Assembly (NCBI GenBank): GCA_022813865.1
Contig: JALDZX010000029.1
Coordinates: 1 to 64,000 of the forward strand
Length of the DNA stretch: 64,000 bases
Source: Xylographa opegraphella
Taxonomy: Eukaryota
Direction of reading: 5' to 3'
Shown piece by piece: positions 24,757 to 37,330 of the stretch. The number at the start of each line of letters is the position of its first letter. Position 1 is the stretch's first letter. Both the position numbers and the translations under genes were made by a program. Below the pieces are notes generated by a model, which ran no database searches, had not been told where the DNA came from, and saw only the letters and a program-made list of their open reading frames with translations.

Positions 24757-26583
24757 TTAACCCCTTTCCCGTTCAGCCCCGTTTCGCCACCATCGCATCT
24801 TCCACCATCCCCCCAACGCTTGTTGTGCTAATCCCACCCTCTCCCGATCTTCTAGTGGCGCAGACCGCCTGCGCCTCCAAACACGATAACTACGGCCCGT
24901 GCCTGACCGCGCGAGCAGACCCGTGGTCTCATCAGGCAGGGGTAGTTCTTCGTTGCTGAGCATCGAGCTCGAAGGCCTGCCACCCAATAGCGTGCTTCTA
25001 ACGCTCAATCTGCGGGAGCCAAATGGTGATGATAGTGGAGTCAGAGCGTCTTCCTCCAGCTCGCCCCATATCTCATCCACTTCTGCCATGGTCGTCCGAC
25101 GTGTTCGAGTGGCACCTACCGTGTCGTTGTTTTGAGCATTGGGTGTGAGAGGCGCAGATGGAAAGCGGAGAGAGCGGCTCATACGGCCGGAGAAGCTGGC
25201 ACGATTATTGCCATTGGTATTGCTGCTCATACCGTTGAGAGCCGTCTTCGAGGGAAGCTTGGCTGGCTGAGATTGCGAGCGTAGGCGGTTAGGAAGGAGT
25301 TGGGACTCTTCATCCTGGGCAGGAACGGAGGATCCTACTTCCTCTTGATTGCTGTCCGAGGGAGTAAAGCCCATACCCGGTGTTAGAGGCGTTTGTGGAA
25401 CTGATATTGGCAACGTATGGTCACTATTCAGCCGCCACGAGAGTGCGAGGACGCCAGCAAGAAGGATGACTGTTCCAAGAGAAATCTGTAGTTCCGAGCT
25501 TAACAAGATGCTTAAAGTTCTGGAAGGGGTTGCACGTACCAGGAGACTAGAGAGAATGGATAGCCGCGAAGTCTGATGAAAATAGATGAGGCCGTCTAAA
25601 ATGGCTATAATATTATACACGCAGAACACAAAGGGGTATAGGATGCTGGTAGAACAAAGCTTCAGACCACGATGAAGATAGTAAAGTTGGGTAAGTGCAA
25701 GTGTCCCTAGACCAAGAAGAATAACCCAGGATTGCCAGCGGTTGAACTGATTCTTGCGGTCTACAATTGTTCTCACAAGTAGTTCCACCGCAGACTTGGC
25801 GACAAGGAGGGAGTGAGCTGACAGTATTCCACTGACACAACCATATGCCATTCCCCTGACGAGTCGCATACGTGGGCTATTGCTATTCCGCGGATTGAGA
25901 TACTTGAGCCCCCGTATTGCGGCGATTATTCCCAGCACTAGGATGGCTTGGCCGATCATCCAGAGAACAAATTGTCGTCTTCCAAGTAAGTCTAAAAGTT
26001 GATCAAGGTTGTGGGCTGGTTCCCCAATGGCTCCAAATATTGCAATAAGTATCGCTCCACCACAAACGAGAACAGTGCCCACAAAGGAATACCGCGTGAA
26101 AGCCTCACCAAGTATCAGAGTAGCGCATATGGAGTTGAAAACCAGACCAGACTGTCAGAGGTCAACAGGTTTTCTGCTTCGTAAAATAGATTGAACGTAC
26201 TGCCTGGAGCGTCGACAAAACTGGCAGCGGCAAGGTTGTAATCTGGATGGTGCTGCCAACAACATTGGAAACCACGAACATGAGCATGCCCAGCTTTGAT
26301 ATGCACATCAATAATTGATCCTAGCTACAGCTTCGCGGTCTTACCTGCCATCTGCGCCGTCTATATGGTGGTCGTCGAGTATCTTGAATATCTTTCTCAT
26401 CTTCCAAGATGTGCGACTTTCGCTGAAGGGTCAATCCGAGGCTTTGTACACTGGTGGAAACGAGTCCTACAAATACACCCAGCTATGAAGGAGGGGATAC
26501 AATTAGCATGATTCTAAGAAACAGAAAATCTCTAGGCCTACTACGACGCTGCCCGGCAGCGATAGGTCACCAATTTGTCCCAT
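24757..26583 (-). CDS. DUF803/NIPA-like magnesium transporter family membrane protein
   Basis: GVFVGLVSTSVQSLGLTLQRKSH...RRPPYRRRRWQ, QLYYLHRGLKLCSTSILYPFVFCVYNIIAILDGLIYF and multiple TM segments; multi-exon. Confidence 0.8.
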
Positions 26584-27095
26584 ATCCAATAGCCTGTCGC
26601 ATTTACACGGGCGAAGGATTGTCTGTCTTCTTTCCACTAGATAGTGCTCGTATAATCATGATGAATGGTTCTTGAAATTCATGATCTCAAGTCCGCGCAA
26701 GAACTTTGTATGTTGTTCACGATTAATTCTAAGGATGCTGATGGCAGCTGGTGGCCCCTGCCGATTGAACTGGCTGCCGATGACCACCAGTCGTCACTTG
26801 AGTCGCAACTGCGGCTCATACATAACCTAGCCAAGCTCGGACGTGTCGCTGTTAGCCTTCCACAGCCACCACAAACATACCGTCGTAAGTCTTGACTCCA
26901 AGGTTTATCACGGGATCATCTTGCATCTCAATGCATACTGAGCTTCTACAGGGCCAGAGTTACATCCTTAAGACTTGCCTAGGCTCTGGGTAACCTGGAC
27001 GAGTGCTGAAAGTGTGACAGCTAATCTACCACCAATTCAATTGATCAACCAAGGCAGATCCTCTCCATAGTTACATTACTATTATCTCCAGCAAC

Positions 27096-27885
27096 ATGTC
27101 GCACGCCATGTCAGACGACCAGGTCTGCTCTGGTCGTCAATGTCTGTTCAGATATGTACTGATATTTTTACAGGTGGCTGGGGAGCTTAAGAAGATGACG
27201 ATGTTCATCCGACAAGAAGCCTTAGAGAAAGCTAAAGAGATACAAATCAAGGCAGACGAAGAATTTGCCATTGAGAAATCGAAGCTAGTCCGGCAAGAAA
27301 CGTCCTCCATCGACAGTCAGTACGAGAAGAAGTTCAAGCAAGCTTCCATGTCGCAACAGATAACTCGCTCGACGCTGGCAAACAAGACAAGGCTAAAGGT
27401 CTTGAGTGCAAGGCAGGAGCTTCTGAATGACTTGTTCGAGAAAGCTCGAGACCAATTGAAGAGCTACTCGGAGGACAAGAGCAAGTATCAGGAAATCTGC
27501 AAGAACTTGATATTGGAAGGCCTATATGCCTTGAACGAAGATAAAGTTGCAGTCAGAGCAAGAAAGGAGGACTACGAGGTCGTGAAGAAGTCAATCGATG
27601 ATGCAATGAAGGAGTACAAGGAGAAAGTATCAAAGGACGTTGAGATACAGCTGGATGAGAAGAACCCTCAGCCTGAGGCATTGTACGTGTTCCAAATTGC
27701 GATGGTAGTAGACTGACAATCTAATATGCTCCAGATCTGGTGGCGTATCTATTGTAGGCACTGGTGGCAAAATCGACATCAACAACACCTTTGAGGAACG
27801 TCTAAAACTTTTGGAGACAGACGCGTTACCTATGGTCCGCACGAGTCTGTTCGGCAAGAACGAGAATCGTAAATTTTACGATTGA
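27096..27885 (+). CDS. VMA4: V-type ATPase V1 subunit E
   Basis: ELKKMTMFIRQEALEKAKEIQIKADEEFAIEKSKLVRQE...NKTRLKVLSARQELL...KIDINNTFEERLKLL...LFGKNENRKFYD; two introns. Confidence 0.96.
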
Positions 27886-28068
27886 TCATCCATGTCATTA
27901 TGCAGAGGTGCCGAGTATGTGCTCTTGGGTGCTTTCTACCCCTTTGAGCATCTGCCTGTGTGCTGCAGTTTTGGCCATGAACCAACAAATACATCATTTA
28001 TCATACCTAGATTATAGCAGTTCATGCACTTATCCGCTGTTCATATCAAGTAATTGTATATCACTTAC

Positions 28069-30466
28069 TCAGTCTGACGCCTTCTCTGAAGACGTCTCGT
28101 TGTGTAGTACGTCTTTGATGTCGACTGCCAGTTTTCGATTTGATAAGAAGTTCGACATGAATCCGCCGTTTGACATCACGTCGCCTGCAGAGATGTTACT
28201 CGTTCCAAAATGCGAATTCTTGGGTCTTGGTTTAGTCCTCACAGCGTAGACGATACGGTTATAGAAAGCTTCCAGTCCATCCTTGGCTTCTGTCCTGGTC
28301 ATAAATGACGCACCAGCATCTGCGATCTTCGACAATATATCTTTCACGACCTCTGCGAGTTTATCGACCTTTCCATTGAATATAGTGTCAGGATCGAGAT
28401 CGACCGCGAAGTCAGGCGGGTCACCGTCATCGAGACCTATGTCTAGTATAGCTATGTTCGCTGCGAGTTGGACATAGTCTGTGTTGATTCCTATGGAGTA
28501 CTCGGGTTTGCGAAGCTGGGCGATGATGTCTCTAATACTGATGAGATCTGGTGGCTGTTTTGTGAGATAATTCGAATTCTCATAAAAAAAAGCTAAGGAG
28601 AGTCTCCGTCGCAGCAGACTAAGTCGCAAGGTCGTCGCTGGGATGCATCTCAGCAGTTGCAAGCGGAGCTGAGCGTCTTTGAGTTGTGAAAAGGCAGAAC
28701 TCAATATGATCAACGACTGTCCAGTTTGAGTATATGCAAAGCCAATGCAGCCAATTTTGCTTACCTCGGCTTCCAACTGAATTTCCGGTATGGAGGAAAC
28801 GAGGCATTCAAAAGCGTCCTCAGCAGCCTCGAGAGTGCTTCTATCTTTTGTGACACAGGTATCCACTAAAACACGGCACAAAATACATAGAGAATGAGCA
28901 CGGCTTTCGGAGTACATCCTGTGTAACTATATTAGCATTTTCGACCAGCCATTCACTGGTGCTTACCAGCCAGAAACGCTCGTCAGTAACTTTAAGACAT
29001 TGCGCAGACCCGAGGTAGAAAGTGCTTTCGCGCGGAGCTCATCATCTTTCGTAATTGTTAGTATGACCTTGCAGCATACACGCCTTTGCATTCGATACCT
29101 TGGAAAGGTATTCGCCTGACAGGCTCAATAGGACTTTCAACATTCAGAGCATCATTCTTAGCTCCAAGTGGGCGTAAGAGCATATCGATCGATAGCGGAC
29201 CGAAATTGGACATGGCTTGCGCTCCAGCATGCTAAAATAGATTAGATACTACTGGCTAATTCCACAGAGCCTTGCCTACAGAGAGTGTCGAGACATATGC
29301 CCGTCTCAGATCTTCCGTGAATTCTGTTGATGCTATATCAGCCAGTCAGTATATATATGCAGGAAGCTAGGTATCTGGAACCAACCGGCATCCAGTATCC
29401 AGTGAAGCAGCTCCTTCGGAAGTTTGCCCCTCGCAGCAACTTCTCCAAGATATCCGTTTGCACAAGAGATGTAAAAAGTCGACAAATCTAGGACTATTCA
29501 GCACCAGAAAATAGCCTGAACTGATAATGGACACTACTCACTGTGCGGTAATAGTGACGAAACGATCCGTGGGAAGTCCTTGGGTGAGTTGGACTCCGCC
29601 TCTAAACTTTCGGATGTTGTGGACTCGAAGAATGACCAGCAATTTTGCATCGAAAGCGCTTCAGTTCGCTCAATAGCTTGCATGAGCTTGCCAAGAGTAT
29701 CGCCGTCCCCATACTTTTCTGCGACCGATGCCAGCAACCCTCCAACCGGATTTTCGATCCCCAGATCCTGATCGATCTTAGCCTCTAGAGCCGCCCGACG
29801 ATCTTCCAAGGATTCGATGAGCTGGCGAGCTTGAGCAGTACCCTCATCCGTGGCGTCATCCTGTTCTGCTTTTGCAACCAAAGCAGCAAGCGAAAATTTG
29901 TATTTCGTGGTGGGAGGAAGGGTAGTAGAAACCCTTGAAAACCGGGATATCTCGGTCTGTCTGCTAGGTCGTACGCGGTTCGCCGTCGGTTGTGGTGGAA
30001 GGTCTGGCTCGATGGGCGGAGATGACCTGACAGTAGGCTTTTTGCCAATCAATATATCCCTGATATCCTCCAATGAGATCTCCGAATCGGTATCATCGTC
30101 AGAGTTTCTGATCATGAACTCGCCATTTCGTGACACTCTTTGACTGCTGGCAACCAGTGGGAAGGTGGTGCTGCTCAAAGTGTCTTGCGCCACGATATCT
30201 TGAGGGATCTTGTCTGGGATATAGAACGTTGAGTCATCGCTCTGCAGGGAAGACAAGCTTGAAGTTGTCAACTCGTCCAGTGATGGCCGGGCATCAGTAG
30301 GGTTGTGTTTGGCACGCACTGCAATTCTCGCGCTGCTTGAGCTTTCCGCTACCGGAGTATTGTTTTCTTTGACTTGTTCGTCCTCGCCGCCGTACTTGGC
30401 ACGCTTTGCAGGACGTGGATTTGCAAATGGTTTGAAGAAATCCGTGATGTTTCTATTCTTAAACAT
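28069..30466 (-). CDS. Conserved fungal protein, possibly Nse6/SLF2-like (CANIN-type) SMC5/6 cofactor; N-terminal PIP-like motif
   Basis: Long coding exons 30466-~29541 and ~28922-28069 with spliced exons between. N-terminal NRNITDFFKP, acidic IRNSDDDTDSEISLEDI and a helical Leu-rich C-terminus. Family assignment is from memory only. Confidence 0.55.
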
Positions 30467-31540
30467 AGCTTCCAGAGATCCAGACGGCTGTTCATAATGC
30501 GCAGAAGGGCACAAGAGCTGGAATAATGACGCGCCGGGGGAGGGGCGCGAAACCACGTTATGTCGAGTCCCGAGCACCGGCTTGGCACCGGAACTCGCAT
30601 TTATATTTATGCTACGCCGCGGCTGCTTACTGCGTAGTATGACTGACTGTCAGCCGAGCCAGTGCTGGCAAGGTCGGCCGGGCGCGGAGCACTGCAATTC
30701 GTAGCGTAAGCAAACTTGATGTGTTGCACTCTAGGCGGAGGGGGAAGGGAAATTGCAACGAGCTTCTTGCACCGCCATCAGAGCGGCATCAGGAGGAGTT
30801 GGGTTCGCAGCCGAGAGGCGGCTTGGCACTGCGACAGGCGTACAGTACGAAGTACGCTCCGTAAGGTACCGTAGTTAGCAGGATAGAATGCCATTGGCGA
30901 TGACCAGTGTGAGAATATTCAGCACCACCTCAGCTCAGAGAGCACAGCTCGCCATCTCATCCTGGATTTTCCACGTACCTTCGTTGTGATCGCAATACGC
31001 TTCGACCTTGCACCACGGCAGGAGGAGGTAGCGGACTTAAGTCGCCGGTTCCTCATCCCTTTGTGCAATAATTATCCTGCCGTGCTCACGCAGTTTATTA
31101 TTATTAATCACCCACGAATCATCACCGCTATTCTGTCCGCAACTGAGCGCATTCATTTGTCGCGCCGGCACCCAAATTTCCACCTTCACCTGCGACCCTA
31201 TTGAACACTTGATACCAGTTTCGTTTAGATTTGTCGTCGGGATAGCTCAGATCCCAAAATTCGGTACGGCCTCTGTTGCCACCCGAGCCACCGCCTCAAC
31301 TTGACAACGGACCCGCTCTACCCGGATCTGAATAAACAAAATCAACAGTAGTGAACTGTCGATAACTTGACTATCAGATTGCTGGAGGAAGATAAGGAAC
31401 GGGCCAGAGGCTTGTTGAGTCGTCTTGGATCCGACTTCTGCCTTTCCTAGAAACGCATCCTGCAAATCTGCACTGCATTCCTTAGTCACACGCATCTAGT
31501 TCTTCCTTCATGAACACCGCACCGCGTTACGTTTTCCGCC

Positions 31541-34500
31541 ATGGCGACCGAGCCCACTCAGGGTAACGATATCTCTAAGCCTGGGGTCAAGCGCATGAGA
31601 TGGGCTACGCAGAGAGTCACAAGTATGCATGCTCAGGGCAAGCGGAATGCCATTACGAGCAGATTTCATAGAGGTGGCCATGTTGCCGAGAAGAAAAGAG
31701 ACTCTGGCGGCACAGACTCGGGTGATGGTTCAAACCTAGGAGGCGTGGGAAGGGATACATCTGGTATTGATGAAGATCCACCTCGGAGGATGTTCTTCAA
31801 CATGCCTTTGCCTGATGATGCGAGGGACACGGACGGAAGACCTATCGCACGTTTTACGCGCAACAAAATAAGAACATCCAAGTATACCCCATTGAGTTTT
31901 GTCCCAAAGAACTTGTGGTATCAATTTCACAACATCGCCAATATTTACTTCTTGATCTTGATAATACTTGCTGTAAGTTTTGCAATTGGTAAGGCTATAA
32001 GGATCTTTCATTGATCAGACCGGTACAGTTTTTCCCGATATTTGGTGCCTCCGATCCTGGTCTCAATGTTGTCCCTCTTACATTCATCCTCTTCATAACT
32101 GCGGTTAAGGATGCAATTGAAGACTGGCGGAGAACTGTCCTTGACAACGAGCTCAATAATTCGCCTGTTCACAGGCTCGTGGACTGGAACAACGTCAATA
32201 CCTCAGAGGACAAAATATCGGTATGGCGGAGGATTAAAAAGGCATCCACGCGCGGTGTTATGTCAATCTTTGCACTATGGCGAAGAAAGAAGAAGGACAA
32301 ATCACTTGATGGGAAGACTTATACCCAGCGGGCTCTGGATGAACCTCGAGCTTCAGTTGAGACACGGCGCACCAAGAGGGATTCTGCGGTACTCTCGCAG
32401 GACTCGATCGGAGAAGAAGGCATTCAGATGACTCCAGTACCCTCGCCGCTCCCCCACACTGTACCGAATGGGGAGGACGTAATGCCAGGAAGAAGTCGCT
32501 CAAACACGGGTTTCTCATATGAAGATAATGAACTCCCAGTTGGTGCCTTCAATGGACCTTTGGGTGAGGATCTGAAGGATGACCACAAAAGTATCAATAT
32601 TCCCGTGAAGTTTCATGGGAGCTTGATCAATCCCTTGAAGCAGATCCTCGAGAAAGCTAGATTCAAGAAGGATTTTTGGAAGAATGTCCAGGTAGGTGAC
32701 TTTGTGCGAATCTATAACGATGATCCGATCCCTGCCGACATTGTAGTCTTATCGACTTCGGATCCAGAAGGGGCTTGCTATGTCGAGACAAAGAACTTAG
32801 ATGGCGAGACCAATCTCAAAGTGCGAAATGCTCTGCAGAGTGGACAAAAAGCAAAACACGCACGGGATTGTGAGCGTATGGAGTTTGTCATTGAAAGTGA
32901 GCCTCCTCATGCCAATCTCTACCATTACAGTGGCGTAGTGCGATGGAGGCAGCGTGATATGAAAAAACCTCTGGAGGAAGGAACGGATATGGCAGAACCA
33001 ATCTCAATAAACAATTTAATGCTTCGAGGATGCAGTCTGCGAAATACTGAATGGGTCTTGGGGGTGGTCATTTTTACAGGAGAAGAAACCAAGATAATGA
33101 TCAATTCAGGTATATCCACACGCAAGAGGTCCCGCATCACTCGCGAACTGAACTGGAATGTCATCTACAATTTTATGATTCTGTTGGGCATGTGTATTGT
33201 CTCCGGAGTTGTCAATGGAGTGACCTGGGGAGAAGGCAACCATTCCTTTGTCTTCTTCGAGTACGGATCGATTGGGAAAACACCAGCACTGAACGGCTTC
33301 ATCACTTTCTGGACCGGCATCATTCTGTTTCAGAATCTGGTGCCTATTTCGCTGTACATTACACTTGAAGTCATCAAGACTGCTCAGGCTTTCTTCATCT
33401 ACAGCGACACCCTCATGTACTTCGAGAAGCTCGATTATCCATGCACTCCAAAGTCCTGGAACATATCCGACGACGTAGGCCAGATCGAGTACATTTTCTC
33501 GGACAAAACTGGCACCCTTACGCAAAATGTAATGGAATTCAAGAAGGCCACGGTCAACGGAGTCCCGTATGGTGAAGCTTATACCGAAGCACAGGCAGGA
33601 TTGCAGAGGCGGCAAGGTGTCAATGTGGAAATAGAGAGTGCTAAAGCTCACAAGCAGATCGCGCTTGATCGTATCAAAATGCTTGAAGCGCTACGAAAAA
33701 TCCACCATAACCCTTACCTTCATGACGAACAACTTACATTTGTTGCCCCAGATTTCGTCGCCGATCTGAACGGCGCTGCCGGCAATGCTCAGAGAACAGC
33801 TAACCGAGACTTCATGCTTGCCCTTGCTCTCTGTCATACCGTAATTACGGAGAAGACTCCGGGTGACCCTCCAAAAATCGAGTTTAAGGCTCAATCCCCC
33901 GACGAAGCCGCTCTTGTTGGGACAGCTCGAGACTGCGGTTTCACTGTTCTGGGCAGATCTCAAGATGGTATATTCTTAAATGTATTGGGTGAGGAAAAGG
34001 AGTACAGGGTATTGAACACACTCGAGTTCAACTCGTCACGAAAACGCATGAGCGCTATCGTGCGCATGCCAGATGGCCGCATTATCTTATACTGCAAAGG
34101 TGCTGATAGTGTAATATATTCTCGTCTGAAGAGAAGTGAACAGGCTCAATTGAGGAGAGATACTGCAGAGCATCTGGAATCATTCGCCCGCGAAGGTCTC
34201 AGAACTCTTTGTATCGCTCAACGCATATTGGGAGAGGAGGAGTATCAGACATGGAGCAAGGAGTATGACATTGCAGCGGCTGCTGTGTATGATCGTGAAG
34301 ATAAGCTTGAAATAGTGTCAGACACCATCGAAACGGAGCTCACTCTTCTTGGAGGTACCGCGATCGAAGATCGACTTCAAGATGGGGTGCCTGACACCAT
34401 TGCACTGCTTGGTGATGCGGGCATTAAGCTCTGGGTCTTGACAGGCGACAAAGTGGAAACTGCTATCAATATTGGATTTTCTTGCAATCTTCTCAACAAT

Positions 34501-36246
34501 GATATGGAGTTGATCGTCTTTAAAGTCGAGGATGATACCATTGTAAGTGCTGGCAAGGAGTTGGAAAAACACCTGGCGAAATTCAACATGACCGGGTCAG
34601 ACGAAGAGTTGAAGGCTGCTCGCAAAAATCATGAACCACCAGATGCGGGGCATGCTATCGTTATTGATGGCGATGCTTTAAAGCTTGTCCTCACCGAAGA
34701 ATTACGCCAAAAATTCCTACTTCTTTGTAAGCGCTGCAAGTCAGTTCTATGCTGCAGGGTGAGTCCTAGTCAGAAAGCAGCAGTCGTACAAATGGTCAAG
34801 GTTGGGCTTGATGTGATGACATTGTCTATTGGCGATGGGGCCAACGATGTCGCAATGATTCAGGAAGCTGATGTTGGCGTTGGTATTGCCGGCGAAGAGG
34901 GTAGACAAGCTGTTATGTCGTCTGATTATGCCATTGGGCAGTTTAGATTCTTACAACGACTTGTGCTTGTCCATGGCAGATGGTCGTATAGAAGACTCGG
35001 CGAGACAATTGCCAACTTCTTTTACAAGGTAACTCTCATTCTGCTGATGTGGTTATACCGAAGCTTAACTAAAACTGCCGCAGAACATGGTTTGGACATT
35101 CGTGTTGTTCTGGTACCAGCTGTACAACAATTTTGATGGCTCCTACTTCTTCGACTACACCTACATTCTGCTCGTCAATCTCGTATTTACTTCCATTCCC
35201 ATAGGTCTGATGGGAATATTGGACCAGGACGTCAGTGACAAGGTGTCTTTGGCTGTTCCGCAGCTTTATCGGAGAGGAATTGAAAGGAAGGAGTGGACGC
35301 AAACGAAGTTCTGGTAGATTTTTATCATGTCGGCAAGAGATTCTAGCTGACACTGAGCAGGATATACATGTTTGACGGTATTTACCAGTCCTTAATATGC
35401 TTTTTCATGGCCTACCTGCTCTTCTCGCCTGCAACTTTCGTCACTAGTAATGGCTTGGGCATCGAGGACCGGGAACGTATGGGTGTATATGTTGCCTGCG
35501 CCACGATTGTCGTCATCAATGGTTACATTCTCATGAACACCTACAGATGGGATTGGCTTATGGTCCTCGTTGTAACCATTAGTACATTGCTAATTTGGTT
35601 CTGGACTGGCATCTATACACTTTTCCCGGGCAATTCCTCTATTCCATTCTATATGGCTGGCCCGGAAGCTTACGGCCAATTGTCGTTCTGGGTTCTGTCT
35701 CTGTTGACTATCATCATATGTTTGCTACCCAGGTTTGTTTGTAAATCTTTTCAAAAGATCTTCCTACCTCGGGATGTGGATATAGTACGAGAGCAAATTC
35801 GCCAGGGCAAATTCGCCTATTTGGAACAGGAAGACAGCTCTTTCCTAGTCTCCGAGAAGGTTTCCTCTGCAGATTCTACTGATTCAACAAATCCTAAGAA
35901 CGCGGGGCATGCGGTTCCACGATTTTCTCCAGATGATGATTTGAGACCCATATATCCTCCCTCGGTAGCCGCGACTGGTACAACTCACAACCCTCGCAGT
36001 CAGAACGGCAGCGATGGAACGGACTATACCGGGCATAGAGCCTCGCTCGAGCAGCCGCCGCCAAGGCTTTCACTTGATCGACCCCGACCCTCGTTCGAAA
36101 GGTTACGGCAGTCCATGGACAGAACAAGGCCAAGTTTCGAAGCGAGCGACGACTTCACGTCTGCCGCGCTGTTGACTCGAATGGAATCAAGCCATTCACA
36201 AACACCGACTCAGCGAATGCCGCACGGAAGTTCTTCTCTTCGATAA
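31541..36246 (+). CDS. DNF1: P4-ATPase phospholipid flippase (Dnf1/Dnf2 type)
   Basis: Motifs NKIRTSKYTPLSF, ETKNLDGETNLK, LVPISLY, FSDKTGTLT, QSPDEAALV, WVLTGDK, IGDGANDV and VHGRWSYRR; three introns. Confidence 0.95.
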
Positions 36247-36779
36247 CGTCGTTTCACATCGTTGGTCTGTTGTTTGCAGTTCTGTAAATATCATAAGAGC
36301 AGACTATTGTCCCTATTTCTCCGCATGTGTATGCTCAATCTACTTGCGTGTCTTCGATGGACACCGTATGAATTGACCGGCGTTTTATGGTTCACGACTA
36401 CGAGCAAGCATCGTGGTGTGGCGGAATTTTGCTGCTGTGACTTACTTCCGCAAGGCGACGGAGGCGAGCATTGTGTTTCTATCATGCTTTTATGCGAAAC
36501 AGTTTGTCAATCCCTTGATGTCGGAGGCGAGCTTCAGTATATCTCGATAGAGGACGTCAAGCATATTCGACTTAGAATGTCATAACAAAAGCTGTACACC
36601 TTGCACAGTCTGGTTCTACAAGCCGTCGAGGGTATCCCGGAGTTAGTACGAAATAAATTCTCAGCTGCTGATTGTCCTTTTGGTACATTCTTTGATCACA
36701 TGATAGCAAGAGTTGCGTTGCCTCATCAGAATCGCTGTCAGATTCTGAACTCTGCGTTCCTCCGAATTTCTTCCATGTC

Positions 36780-37330
36780 TTCAGATCCTACGCGCTGCAT
36801 TGCTGGCGCCACTCCCTGGTCCTCTTAGACCCGTGATTTTTACTAGAGAACTCTCGTTCCTAGTAATCTACAGAAAATCGGGCAGACTCTCACAGAGCAT
36901 CTGGTACCATCATACTCTGATGAGATGGACTTGTCATACCATCAGCTATTGTGTGGCAATTTACTGATCGAGGATCCCATAATCCGGTCCTTTCTCTCAA
37001 GGCGAGTCGCTAACACTGCCTTTGCAATTCTCGAGATACAAAGCCGAGAAAGGTCTTGAATCATACCGCGTGCCTATACATATTCCACACCTCTGTTCAG
37101 TCACCTAGCTCTGCCTCTGTCGTCCTGTAACGCACTTTGCCACACCCCTTGGACTCCGAGAACATCCCGGCGGACATCTTGGAGAATGTATATGAGCGGC
37201 TGGTCGCCCCAATATGTCGGTCGACGGACGACTTTCGAGGTCCCACTGATGTTCTTCACGGCAGCAGCGGCATAGTAGCATTGCATGTCAGCTGGGTAGT
37301 TCTGTCGTATTATCCGAAGCGGCACCTGCG
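36780..37330 (-). pseudogene. Possible decayed type-B carboxylesterase/lipase
   Basis: Fragments GTSKVVRRPTYWGDQPLIYILQDVRRDVLG and KGPDYGILDQ*IATQ*L (36993 downward) resemble the IIYVSxNYRLGxLG and GNxGLLDQxxALQWV motifs in the correct order, broken by stops. Confidence 0.35.
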
